Shown here: positions 13,201 to 25,496 of the stretch, one piece after another
Numbering within the stretch: position 1 is the stretch's first letter
Layout: each line of letters opens with the position of its first letter
Assembly (NCBI GenBank): GCA_024137785.1
Contig: JAHRHZ010000031.1
Span: 7,141,787-7,205,786 of the forward strand
Direction of reading: 5' to 3'
DNA: 64,000 nucleotides
DNA from: Ginglymostoma cirratum
Lineage: Eukaryota
The notes under the pieces: model-generated
Told to the model about the DNA's origin: nothing
What the model saw: the letters and a program-made list of their open reading frames with translations, nothing else
Database searches by the model: none
Position numbers and translations under genes: made by a program

Positions 13201-16200
13201 GCTGCACAAACTGGTGTTTCATTTGCAAGGTTGTTGCTTTCTTGTCCTGGTGTGTGCAAGATGAAAAGCTTCAACTTTATGTCTCCTTTCATCAATATTC
13301 ACGTTCTGTGTTTATCCTGTAGCTCAGTACAAATTGAGAGAGTGACAATGTGCAATCAGCCTGAAAACATTCTCATTTTTAAAACATACTTAAAGGCTGC
13401 TATCAGTTTCCTGCAGATCAATGGGATCCATGGTGGAAAGTATTCCAATTAGAGTTCAATGGCCCATGAGGCATCCAGACAAAGCGATCAGGAAATGATA
13501 GTGGGAATATTGTTATTGTTAGTGGCACCAAACTGATGTGGTGTTGTTCTGACTCCAAAATACGATGCAACATAACTTTGATAAGACTGTGTCAACTTTT
13601 AATAAAGGAGAGGATGGACTCTTGAAAATTTATATTTTGAATTATTTCACTCTATGCAACAAGTTTGTAAGATGGATCACTCGATTTATGTACATCTTCC
13701 TCCTTAACATGTGAACTTTACATGATTTAATATGAAGCATTCTTCCACAGTTCCCAATTCCAACAGTTGTTCTATCAGTTGCTTGGCATGGCTGTATCTC
13801 TGCATCACAGATGTCAGAAATATCAGTTCAATAAGTAGCTTATGAAAGTAGCATTATAATCAGCAGGCAAATTCATGAGGAGGTTTCACATTATTACCAT
13901 AATTTTACATAAATAAATGAATTTGTAAACCATACTCCAAATTCCATCAGATTAAGTATGATTATTTCTTTGAATGTAAATTAGGATTGAAACAGCCAGT
14001 CAATTCCCATGCTGAAATGAACAGGTTCAAGTTTGAAACACTGATCACCAACTTCCTGGAGCTCAGCCACACCTACCCTGAATCCACAGGGTTCAAGTCT
14101 TACCTTAACCCGAAATTGGGCAACTGACATTACAGCACTGGACAGATGTACTCTGGTTCTGTACATCAAAGTGTTTTCTACTGCATGGCACTAAAGGCAG
14201 TTACTGTACATTGCATGAATACATGCTCACCTGCAGGCAGACATCCTTGCAATAACTTTTCAGGCCAGCAGAATGGGCGATATGACAAAGTGCGCAGATC
14301 TCACAATATCAAATAGGCACGCCCTTACTTATCAGTCTGTTAGACTTGTATGCATTTTCCGCTACCTTGGAGAGTGAGATTATAGGAGGTTGATTTTCGT
14401 TTTCGCACCATTCCATAGGTTGTTGTAATTGGGACGACACAGAGATGAAATTTGGAGCAGGTTTAATGCCAGTCTAGCACACAATTTTGACGCGGGCCTC
14501 AATTTGGATTCTGACAGCTGTCTAATTCGAACACCGATAAATGGGTACAACAACTAATTTCGCCACTGTGCCAAAGTTGTCACTGGTTCCTCAATCCTCC
14601 AACAACTCCTGGATGGTGCAGGTGAGCAGAGAGTCATTACACCCATGCTAGTTAGAGAGAAAGGTGAAAACAGCCCTTACATGCGTACGGTTTTTCAAAT
14701 CTCCATACTATCCTATCACTCAATGGTACTACGTCATTCATCCCCAAGGTACGCTGAGCACAATTTTAATTGGGCACCTTGGCAAAATCATTGGGCACTG
14801 ATGGGAATGGGTGGGTCCACTGGTCTGCAACGTAAACCAGAAGCTCTCCTCACGTGCTTGCAATTGTAGCTGTCAGAAATGCTTAGCAGTGTAGGTATTT
14901 TGAAAGGGACTTAAGAAATAAGCACATTTTAGTCATTTTGTAAATTGCACATTGCACATACAACGTTTCTGGGCTAATTGTGAATTATTTATTTTGTCTC
15001 CAGCACTACTCTTGCCTCATTTGATTTGCCACTGTAAATTTGCCTCTCTTTGATGTATTTGGAAGAGGATGAAAAGTTTTCTGTGGCCATTTGCCAAGTA
15101 TCCACACATCAAAAGCTGCTTCAGAGGTGAACAAAGGTCATCTTGGCAAAAGTTTAAGACCCTGGCAGCTTCAGTAATATACAATATATAAATACCTGAC
15201 TGACGATATTGTTGAATGCTTTCTTAGAAGTATCTCAATTAAAGTAGACCTTACAATCAGTTGTTTGGCATGATAAAAGGCATCCAAAGGCAATGAACAG
15301 CCACTGTTTCCTGAATGGCTGGACTGCCAAGGTGACACCAACCATTTCTGTATTACCCTTTGCATGGAACAGAAAAGCTGACTTAAAGCATTGCCATCTG
15401 CTACAAGGACATTTACCATTACAATGAGGTAACCAGTTGTCAGATCTAGCAATAGTCAGCTACACATCATTGCAGATGTACCGCATGTCTAGAATACAAG
15501 GAGAGCTGCGGCAAGCCTCCTTATGTATATTGTCTCCACTTCAGAGGACTGAGTGCTGGATTGTTTATTAGTCTTGGCTGCAGACTCATGCCTGTCTCTT
15601 GGGTTTTATTTTCCTTCACCTTCTCAGTTTCATCATAAGGGACCCATAATTTTCGACTAACTTTCTTTTTTGGGCAAAATATTTTGGGATCGATTGCATT
15701 TCAAAATAATTTTATGTATATTTTTTCACAAGGTGGATATGGGTAAATTAGAAAAGGACACAGGCTGTGAGTTTTGAAGGTGTGTTAATTTGATACAGTC
15801 CGGTCCATATGCCATATCTCAATGTCTATTCCAAATTTAGATGAGGATCAATGTTCACGTCCCAGGGTTGAGTTAGGATGGCCTCATTCATTCTGAGGAT
15901 AGCAGCAGCTTTCTTTCCAATTCCACACTTAGCCAGAGGTAGGAGTGGTTGGCAAAAGGGTGGAGGAAAGGATATGCACTGAGTTTATCCACAGGCCCTT
16001 GGAAAATCATTTGTTCAATTATCATCACTGCCTTCGGTTACCTATCAGTACGTGGACTGCAGTGTTTCAAGAAAGTGCCTCACCACAACCTTCTCATAAT
16101 AAGTGCAGATCGAACCAGCAACACCCACATCCCATGAAAGAAAATAAACAGGAGCAGAGATGCATGGCTGAGCTGCAACTGATAATGAGCCATTGCCATT

Positions 16201-16579
16201 GAACTAGGGGAAGCTGAAGCTCAGAAGCTCGGTCACAGTAGTTAGAAGCTGAATAAATAAGAAAGTTGATGCCAAAATCCAAAATCCAATATCCAAATCC
16301 CACCAAATTTACATAGCATGCAGTATTTCTTCCAGTATTTTTGAAAGAAAGAAGTGAGATTGTGTTCGCCAGGTGGAATTTGTTTTAATTTGATTGTGAA
16401 ACAAAAAGTTTACAATCGAAAGCTGCCTTATTTCATCAAATGTTTCAAAACCTTTGCAAACATGGGTGCATTACTTGTGAAAGACACAAGGGTGGGATGG
16501 AAAGGTAGATGGGGGCAGGGGCAATTGTTGGATGGGCTCGGGATTGGCTGATTGCTAAATGGTCAACGCATGTTCCTGC

Positions 16580-17170
16580 AAATCAGTCCTCAGCCTATGT
16601 TCAAATCATTGTAAAGCTCCTTTTCAAACAGATTAGTCCTTATACTACATAACAACATCACCCCTCCTGTTTCCTATTTCTTCTTCCACTGTCTATTTTC
16701 TGCGGTCCTCCTCCATGACTCTTAAATGCACCATTGCAGTCACCATGTTATGGTTTCTCTTCCAAAGTTAACTTCCGCATGTCAAAGGATATCTGCTGTG
16801 TGTGGAGGTACCAGTCATTAAGACTTCTACAGACCTGTGAGTGTCATAATACTGTCTGAATTTCTCCTTACAAAGCAGCTGTAATCATATTTCTCAATCT
16901 CTGTGAATGATGAGTGCTGTTTTCCCTCCCTTTGGTGTCCCAGCAAGTCTTTGAACATTTAACCACTGATTTTCTCCCTTCTGCAACTCTTCCCAATTTA
17001 GTTGGTCCTGGAACTCTTTCTCAGCACCTAGAAGTTTTTTAAGAATGTCTTACTGACCAGATACCTGGTGTCCATAATTTTCACATCAGAAAAATGAAGA
17101 ATACTAACTATCCTTATTGTGATTTCCCAAATCCTTAACAATGTGCTATATATAGTTTACCTTTTTACTT
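16580..17170 (-). mobile_element. Degenerate CR1 5' (ORF1) remnant
   Basis: Similar in character to the 10400-11450 remnant (ccagtcattaagact, ctgcaactcttccca); heavily mutated. Confidence 0.4.
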
Positions 17171-17249
17171 CTCTGACCCTCCATCTTGCTTCTCAGTTTT
17201 AAGACACTCCTTTAGATGTACTCATTGATGAAGCTTGTGGTCATCTGAC

Positions 17250-17560
17250 CTGGACTTTTACTTCTGGGTCTCGAACACATTGCTGAAATGGCCAACAACG
17301 GGACACTGGCTGGGTTCCACCTGGAAACAGAGTGCCTAACACTCCGAAAAATTCCGGAAGACTGGATGCATTTAGTAGACACTTTAATCGATCTAAGTGG
17401 CTACTCACCTCTAATGGGTGGATAGCTATCGACCTTCTCCACATTCAAGGCAGCTTCCCTGGAAATATGTCAGAAGCAGGATCCTGCGAGCCACTAGTAT
17501 AAAATTGCAGAACTATCAATGTCCCATCCTGCTTCCTCAGCCCAAGGAATATTCACCCCA
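17250..17560. mobile_element. MITE-like insertion splitting an L2-like tail
   Basis: L2-type tail halves lie at about 17200-17250 and 17565-17665, separated by an unrelated, GC-richer segment. Confidence 0.4.
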
Positions 17561-19096
17561 ATGCTTCTTGCTGTGTCTCAGTGTCATAAATGTTTTATAA
17601 TGCTCCTGTGAAGCGCACTGTTTTTTTTTTATCTTGGAGGTACATCACAAGGATTTGTTGCTGTGTCATAAAGCACAGCTTTAGCAATTTTGCAAAAAAA
17701 GAAAATAAAACATTCAGCCGATGCACACATAGAAAACAGGTGCCCTAAACAGTAATGGCAGCCTCTTTGAGTATTATCATATATACCATCCAGTTCTTAT
17801 GACATATTACCTTTCTCTATATCTACGGTGTGCTGAATCCTCAGGTATTTTAAACCCAAGTTCTATACAAAACAGGCTAATACACTTCGCAATTCGTTGT
17901 ATTTGCAACTGAACAGAGTAAAATAAAAGGATTTGAGAGATTCAGCTCACTCAATTTAATTACACTGATATTGTTGAACTAAAAATTAAAACAGCACTCT
18001 TGGGTATTTCCTTTACATGAAGCGTGAAATTATTAGTGAAGATACCTGACTCTGTTTGCTTGTGCTCAAGGGAAATATTCGTGCAGAGAGGAAAAGGAAA
18101 TTGACAAGTGAACAAAATCTGGGGTTGGAATTGTTTCTGTTATTTTTGGAAATGCACAAACATTTGCAAGACATAGTTAGGAAAACATTTCAAATGAGAA
18201 CTCAAGGTTCTTAAGAGTTACCATCCCCAAAAAATAATCTACCTTTTGCTTTCATAGGTTAATCGCCCTACTGGGCAATTTCAGTCATTTCTATTACCAC
18301 AATTAAATGCTGGAAACCTGAGAGTCAGTTTGTTTGTTTAGAGAAACCAATGCAATAGTCGTTTAATGGCAAAGTTTACAGTTTAGACTCACTGGGAAGT
18401 TGACATGTGATGAGGCAAGCTATTTTTAAAATAGTACGCATTTCACAGAATAGTTTTGATTGCATCAGAAGTTTTCTTCCAGTTAAGAAACTGACTCTGA
18501 CTGAAACATGTACGTCCAGGTTCTGTTACATATACTAAACATTCATGCACTTTAACACATCTCAGCTGACTGTACCAGTCAGTGGAATTGCACGTCAGCA
18601 AGATGTGCCAAAGAAATTCAACATCAATAAAAAAGATATTGGCCAAGGATGCCTTTAAACAATGCTAATCCCAAAAATAACAACCATTGGTATCAGAGAA
18701 AAAAGCAAGCCTATATTTTAGCATCGTCAATAATTGTGGCTGACAAAAAATGTCATGTCCCACCTGTGGTGCAATCCATTTTGCAGTGTAACCAAGGCAA
18801 ATCTGTAATGATGAACCTTAAGGAATGATTGGCCACTACAAGCATGCCATTAACACATTTAAAAGCTATTCTCCACAATTATCCAAGTCAGGCTTGGATG
18901 TCAAGTGCTATAAAGACTTAACCTATCTGGTGCTTCGGGTTCCATTGTATCAATATACCTAGTACATTCACTTCTACTCTATTACCATGTAAATTGTTCA
19001 CTGTGCTTTTAAACTACTTTTTTATTGATTGGACAACAACACATCAACACATGCTATGCCCAAAGGAAATTTAGCTCTAAAGGTTTGTGCACGTAC

Positions 19097-19335
19097 CTTC
19101 TGTTTTATGATCATGTCGTTGATTTCCTCAACATCTCCCACTGTCACGAGTTGAGACTTGATCACACGATCCAGCAATGAAAGCCAGTCTGTCAACTCCA
19201 CCCAGGCCTTGTTGAAGTCAGCCAAAGCTGGAACATCCATGAGTAAAGAAGAAGGCATGTCTAACTTGGTGATGGAAGTATCCGTGGTAACAAGGGTCTC
19301 TGTCACCACAGTAACTGCTTGTTGCGTGGTTGGAA
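19097..19335 (-). CDS. DMD: Dystrophin exon 51 orthologue (239 nt, phase 1-0), hinge 3 / spectrin repeat 20: (L)PTTQQAVTVVTETLVTTDTSITKLDMPSSLLMDVPALADFNKAWVELTDWLSLLDRVIKSQLVTVGDVEEINDMIIKQK
   Basis: Acceptor tttcttttcAG|TTCC, donor CAGAAG|GTacgt. Very close to human KLEMPSSLMLEVPALADFNRAWTELTDWLSLLDQVIKSQRVMVGDLEDINEMIIKQK. Confidence 0.98.
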
Positions 19336-19351
19336 CTGAAAAGAAATGATT

Positions 19352-19364
19352 ACTAACGTTAGTC
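19352..19364 (-). promoter_or_regulatory. Candidate branch point of intron 50 (GACTAAC, branch A at 19359, -24 from exon 51)
   Basis: Matches the YTNAY/CTAAC consensus at a typical distance from the acceptor. Confidence 0.6.
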
Positions 19365-19964
19365 AATGTGGGACATTTTAAAAGATCATTAAGCCCAAAC
19401 TGTAATTAAATGTGATTATTTCATATTCAGGCTTACAAATGTAGTTACTTGGACCAAACACATTGGTTGCAACGGTGGGATATTATAAAGAGACAAATAT
19501 AACCACTGTGAGTTCATCAAAATTCATTAAAACATTTCACACCAAACATATGCTTGTTTCCCTTTTTGTATACTTGACAACTTTAGTATCTCAAAATTAT
19601 AAACTGAAAGTGGAATAAAGTGAATCCTAAAATAACATCATGCAAATTAACCAATCACCTGTCATAAAGGAACACCTTAACAGCAGATTTTTTTGTTATG
19701 CATCATAACAGGAGCTCATGATGTCCATATGGACCTGGTTATATATAGAACAGCAGCTGCTCCATGGGAGCTTACAAATGACTCCAGAACGATGATGGTT
19801 TATGATGGAAAAATCTGCTTTCAGCACTCAAGTTCCAAGATAATCAAGGTATCTGACATTAAAGCAGGAAATTGACTCTTAAATAAAGACAGAAAATGCT
19901 GAAAACACTCGACAGGTCTCTTGGCTTTTGTGTATATATCAGAGAGAGATGAACTATACCAGAA

Positions 19965-22900
19965 TCAGGCTGTGTCAATTTTGTTTCATGGAGGGTTTCC
20001 TCTCTGAGGCCTAGCCAGGTGTCTCTTCTGAAACTCACTTCATTACCTTGTACCATGTCCCTATGGCGCCCCACTCATCGTAAGCTCCCTTTCACCACTG
20101 ACGTTACGTATTTACCACAGCTAAAAACCTGCTGAGATTCTAGCACTGGCACAAGCTTTAACACCCAGCCATGCACCCAGTCTTGCACTGCCTGCCAGTA
20201 GCTGCCTTTCACCGGGTACATGGTAGGACAGCAATCAAAAACAAATGCTTCTCAAGGCACATAGGTTGCATGACTAACACTTCATTGCACATACAAGTGG
20301 ATATACAAACATTATTGGCAGCTAAGAACAAAACAACACAGGTTACCCACCCTTAGCCTCATAGCATCCTTTGAACTCTAACGAAGAGACTGCTGCTGTT
20401 TCCCTTCTGCCTAACATAGCCCAGTGCACACTTTTTGTTTAAAGTGGGCCCATCACATTTTAGAAAGCCCCATCAAATGGCTCAAAATATTCACTTTTAT
20501 TCAGCAACAGCCAAAATAAACAATAAACAAACAAGCCTATGCTTCATTTGCCTCTTGGAACAGACAGAGACTGCTTGCCTTTGGATCAACAAAGTTATAG
20601 TCCACGTATGATCACTGCTCCCTGCTCACATCCATTCAGCTGGCTATCAACTAAGTTCTGTTTGGCTTGTTGTGCTTGATGCTGCTTCATGCAGAATGTG
20701 ATGTTCTTCCTGCTCACTGCTCTCATCTTCATCCTCAGAAAATTGACAAGCTGGGAGAGCAACAGCAGAGTCTTTCACATCCCCTCCCTGTCAGCTGCAG
20801 TTGTGCAAAGCACAGCATGCAAGAATTATGCAGCACACCCTGCCTGTAATGTATTGCAACGTTCTCCCAGACCTATCCAAACACAGGAACTTCTTTCTCA
20901 GCAGGCTTACTGTCTGCTCCACCCATGGCCCTACTTGAAAATATGCTGCCTTGTATCTATGGCCAGCCTCAGGAAGAAGTTTGCATAACAGAGTCATTAG
21001 CCAAGGTAGGAGAGGGTAGCCCTTGTCTCTCAGGAACAATGCTTGTCAGTTATCTGGCCCTTGATAGTTTAGCCTCCTCCTCCAGTCAGTGGAGTATGAA
21101 GCATTCTGACAAGGAAGGCAATGGAATGCCTCTGCACGGACCTGTGGCATGGGGATATTTTTACCAATGAATGCAGCACAGCTATATCACACAAATGACC
21201 TTGAAATTTGTAAGTGCTGTATGAATGCTGATACCCTGTCCTTGTCTAACCACAGCCCCCACCCTCACATATCTCCCAAGAAAGTTAGCATCTCATAATA
21301 AGAGCATATTGATGAATAATTTGCTCTTGTGCAGCTTATGAGATCCTGGACTATATTTGTGAATTGTGACCTGCAGGTGTCACATTTTAGGTAACCTGCA
21401 ATTGCTTCTGTTCTACCTTCACTTGCAACGAGCATGATTAAGATCACTTGTGACCAAGATTTGTGTCCTACACAGTTGCACACTGCATACATTTCAAATG
21501 CAGGCTACAATGATTACAGATGATGTCAGGCTGTACTATGAAAGTTCATGATTAATTCAGTTGCTCTTTGCAGAGGCTCTCAAACAGACCCCACATGCAC
21601 AGATAGAAAAGCAATCATTTTCTTTACACACTCAGGGTGTGGCTGCAGCTACTTTCCATTTTCAGCGTGCTTTTATGATTCACATGAACATGGAAGGCAA
21701 TGTAGATTATGCTTGGCACAATCAGACAAAGGCTCAGCCTGGTAAATCACATGGATCCCACCTGAACCTCCATACTCCTTTCTTCCTGGCAGTCGCTGCT
21801 GAGCCCACAGTACCGATCAACCAAACATTGCCACGCGTGTCTCTGAAATATGACTTCATCTATCAATATTCCCTTTTAAGCAGCAGCCCCACAGCTTAGT
21901 CATGCCAACCAGCATGCTGCACTACTTCTCTGTCAAGGTTGGGTGGTTGTGACTGTCAATAATCTCCCCTTCCCACAATAACCCATGTTTTCCAATGCAC
22001 TATTATCTCCCACCCCTTTTATTACAATACCTCCCTTTTCAATTATTGGCCCCTCTGCTGCCCTAAATTCTCAGAATTGACTTCCCATGGCAGTGGTTCC
22101 CTTGGCTTTTTGTGCACAGACTGACCATAGCCCACCTCCTTCTTTGACATGGATGGACAGCCCCGACTAATGAATGACCAGTCCCTTGACTGATCTGAAT
22201 GCAACTCCCCAACTGGTTAACTGTGACTCCTTGGACAGGTACATTGGATGAGCAGGACTGATGATGCCCCACTTTCCTGCTGTGAGCACCTCCTGCTGTG
22301 AACAATCCCACGACTGCCCCTCCAGATCACTGGCCATGCCCAAGTCTCTGGACTAACACTGGAAGCTGTTCTTGTGCTGGACTCCCAAACTGTAGGTCTC
22401 CATTGACTTGATCGAGGACTCTGCCCATTAGACTTTCAGAATCACCTGCAGTGTGTTTTCCACATAGGATGTTGGTACATGGTATAGGTGTGAGATTGTT
22501 GGAACACAACAACAATGTATAACAGTCTGTCCACCTCCTTGACTTATGACTGCTCAAACCATAAGTTGCCGGCTTTGTATCTGCGCTAAAAGGCAAGTCA
22601 AGACTGGAAGTTCTATTTACCTTAAACTCTGACTGAGGGGACAAAGTGTAAAAGGGTAAGGCGAGGCAGAGATGCTGTGAACATCTGAGTAGATGCAAAG
22701 TTAAAGCATGCTAACAAAATCAGTAACAAGCTTTAGCTTGCAGGCTGGTCCAATCCGTGAGATTAATGCCTATTTCTGTGCAAAGTATCTGGGCAGCAAC
22801 ATTCCAATGAGAGGTGGCAGTGCATTCCAAAGTGCAGCAATGAACCACAAGGTAAGTGGGATCAAGGTATGCCAGGCTGCTTTTCCATGTTTGATTCCAA

Positions 22901-23137
22901 CATCCATGGATGCGGATGTGTGCAGCCACTGTGATGTGGTGGCTCATGTCTAAGATAGGGAGCTAGAGGAACTAGTGGCAAACTGAAGATGATAGGAAAT
23001 TTCACTGACTTCCATGTTGGGAAGTATAACCATCAAGATTCTATCTGGCAGGTGGGAGAATAGGAGATTGCACATAGATAATTCAGATTAACTAGAAATG
23101 GGATGTTAAGGCAGAGATGTTAGGAAGATTCCACCCT
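19965..23137 (-). mobile_element. Probable full extent of the decayed Harbinger element
   Basis: GC-richer block of about 3.2 kb around the transposase, ending in the TIR-like aagattccaccc (23125-23136); left end uncertain. Confidence 0.4.
20780..21250 (-). pseudogene. PIF/Harbinger DDE transposase remnant (HARBI1-like, DDE_Tnp_4 family)
   Basis: DKGYPLLPWLMT...RY..A...VEQTVSLLRKKFLCLDRSGRTLQY..RVCCIILACCALHN matches the Harbinger catalytic C-terminus; the upstream part is frameshifted. Confidence 0.85.
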
Positions 23138-23656
23138 GAAGGCTGAGTTATCACATTTTCTCTGATTACACTTGTTCTATTACATGTTCTCTGTTAGCAA
23201 TGGCCTATGATTTAATACTGGTTAGGAACTTGCTCTCACACAGCCCCAGGTGTTCCACCAATCTAAATTAATAAATGGTATGCTGACTAACTTTGAGTAA
23301 GCGGTAGTCTTTGGCATTATTGCCTAGTCACACTCAGCCTTTTACAATGCTATTGCCTGTCTGATATACGTTCTTTTCCAAGCTTTGTCCCCTCTACTTT
23401 CTGGCCTTGGTGACACCTTGCATGGTCACACATGAGCTTTCACATGTACACTGCAATACCGAGATTCATATGTCCAACAGCTTTCAACTCTCCCACTGCC
23501 TTCATATTGTCAGAATGCTATTTCTTTGTTAGATGAATTGCAACTTTCTCTAGCTTAAGATAAAACATGTGTGATGCTGCTGTGGCTTTAAGAGGTTACT
23601 TGTCATTTTTTTTTGAAGAGAGGTTTTAAGGCAGATATGATGAACAGTCTACCAGA

Positions 23657-23834
23657 AAGTCAAGAATACTTTTTTTTCCCCCAAATCCGATGTACCAGTC
23701 AAGAACCTGGGTCAGCTGTGCCTGCCTAAGATTGGAAACCAATCAACAACTGGTTAATGTGCAGGCAGAATTTCTGTGCTTTAAGTAGCATCACTGTGAT
23801 GATTGAAGATGCTAAGGACACTCATTAATATGGT
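23657..23834 (+). repeat. 178-bp direct repeat, copy 1 (copy 2 at 25305-25482)
   Basis: Manual alignment gives about 14 differences in 178 bp. Confidence 0.97.
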
Positions 23835-24174
23835 GAGACCTTGGTCATTTGTTTTAAAGTTGGAACAATGGAAGAAGCCTGAGTGGGTGTGGTCAAACTC
23901 AGCCAGAACTAGGATCGAAAGTTTAGCTTTTAGTACTTGTTGCTAGGGTCTTGAAGAGGTGGAAGTTTTTTTTTCTCTTTCTCTCTTAGTTACATCCAAA
24001 AGCTTGGGGTTCTCTGCCTGCTACAGGAGTTGCATGTGAGACAATCTGTTTTCTGAATTTGCCTTTTCCCAAGGTGTGTTTATGGGATGTTACTGTGCTG
24101 GAATAGTTAATTAGTAATAGTTACTGTATCTATTATTCTGTTATGTTTTCCAATAGAGTTAAGTTATCCAATAC

Positions 24175-24278
24175 CTTATTTCTGAGGAAGGGCCATCGGA
24201 CCTGAAATGTTAACTCTGATTTCTCTTCACAGATGCTGCCAGACCTGCTGGGCTCTTCCAGCAACCTCTATTTGTGTT
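24175..24278 (+). mobile_element. Penelope-type terminal repeat with a hammerhead-like core
   Basis: CTGAGGA-agggccatcggacct-GAAA-tgttaactctg...cacagatgctgccagacctgctg. Confidence 0.7.
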
Positions 24279-25304
24279 CCTTCTTTCTTTGGTTGTATTT
24301 TAACAACAGTGGATGAATAAAGTTTGTTTTGCTTTAAAACCAGTTTTTTTGACCAATTGAATTGCATCTGGGATGCAGCACCTTACATTTACCTTTAAAA
24401 TAAGAAAAAGTTAGGGTCTAGACTATCTTCTGATTATTTTGATGGCATTTGGTCTGGTCTATAATGCACTGAAATTCATTCTCTTAGCACAAAGTTCCAC
24501 TTCCATCGCTGTCCACCGTTTCCAGCCAAACAAGAAGCTTCTAATTTCCAGATTCTACTTAATCCTGAACTGAGCTTCTAACCAAAATCCTCTTAACTAC
24601 AAAGATCACCTGCTTTGATCTCTGTCACATTCATTTGGTCTGGTAATTAACATGAGTTAAATACTTCTTTAAAAACAATATTTTGCCAGTTAGCAGCTCA
24701 AAAAAAAACTGTTCAATGGCTTTATTTTAAATTCCAAGGATGCTGTTTAGGAAGCACGGTTGGCAGCTGTGGAATTATTCCCTAGATTTCTGGTGAATTA
24801 AGGAGAGCATTGAAAAATATAAATCAATACTCCCTCTCTAACATAAGTCAATGTTCATATCTATTCCACAGAAGTCAGTCAGACTCATTTAGGCCCATTC
24901 ATGTTCAGTCAACAAGGTATCTATTGGAATGTTGAAGAAAATAACAACATCCGTCTAAATCTATGCCAGGTATCATTTCTGACTTTTGCTTTTAGCATAA
25001 TGAAAAATGTTTTCACTTCGAAAACCCGTAAAGTCAGCTCAGTTGCAGTTTCTACAATTTATCTCCTTTAAATGCGTACTTCTGACAAGTTCAGGAACAG
25101 TGTATTGATGGAGTTCCAAGAGATTTATTTGCAAATTGTTATATCCTGGCATTTGTTCACCTCAATAGCTTAAGGTTATAGCTATGAAAAAACACTACAA
25201 TGGATATATTTTACTGACAGATTTGTCCTATACAGTCCATTGAATTTGAAAAAAAAATGGCACAGAGGATGCTACGAATGGCACATTCACCCAACACCAC
25301 TAAC

Positions 25305-25496
25305 AAGTCAAGAATACCTTTTTTTTTCCCAAATCCGATATACCAGTCAAGAACCTGGGTCAGCTGTGCCTGCCAAAGATTGGAAACCGATCAACTATTG
25401 GTTGATGTGCAAACAGAATTTCTGTGCTTTAAGTAGCATCGGTGTGATAATTGAAGATGCTAAGGACACTCATTAATATGGTACATTAATATGGTA
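25305..25496 (+). repeat. 178-bp direct repeat, copy 2, ending in a 13-bp tandem duplication (cattaatatggta x2)
   Basis: Seen directly in the sequence. Confidence 0.97.

Larger units (their letters stand above)
23570..24466 (+). mobile_element. Solo-LTR-like element carrying two later insertions
   Basis: Starts TGTGATG, has AATAAA at 24316-24321, ends ggtctggtctataatg. No convincing target-site duplication. Confidence 0.55.

Noticed and set aside
1-19096. DMD exon 52
   Set aside because: No ATMQDLEQRRPQLEELITAAQNLKNK-like exon was seen by eye; it presumably lies beyond the window start.
19022-19366. 114-aa ORF as a standalone gene
   Set aside because: It is DMD exon 51 with read-through into both flanking introns; the splice sites define 19097-19335.
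20791-21039. Domesticated HARBI1 host gene
   Set aside because: The upstream frame is broken and conserved residues are altered; it is a decayed transposon.
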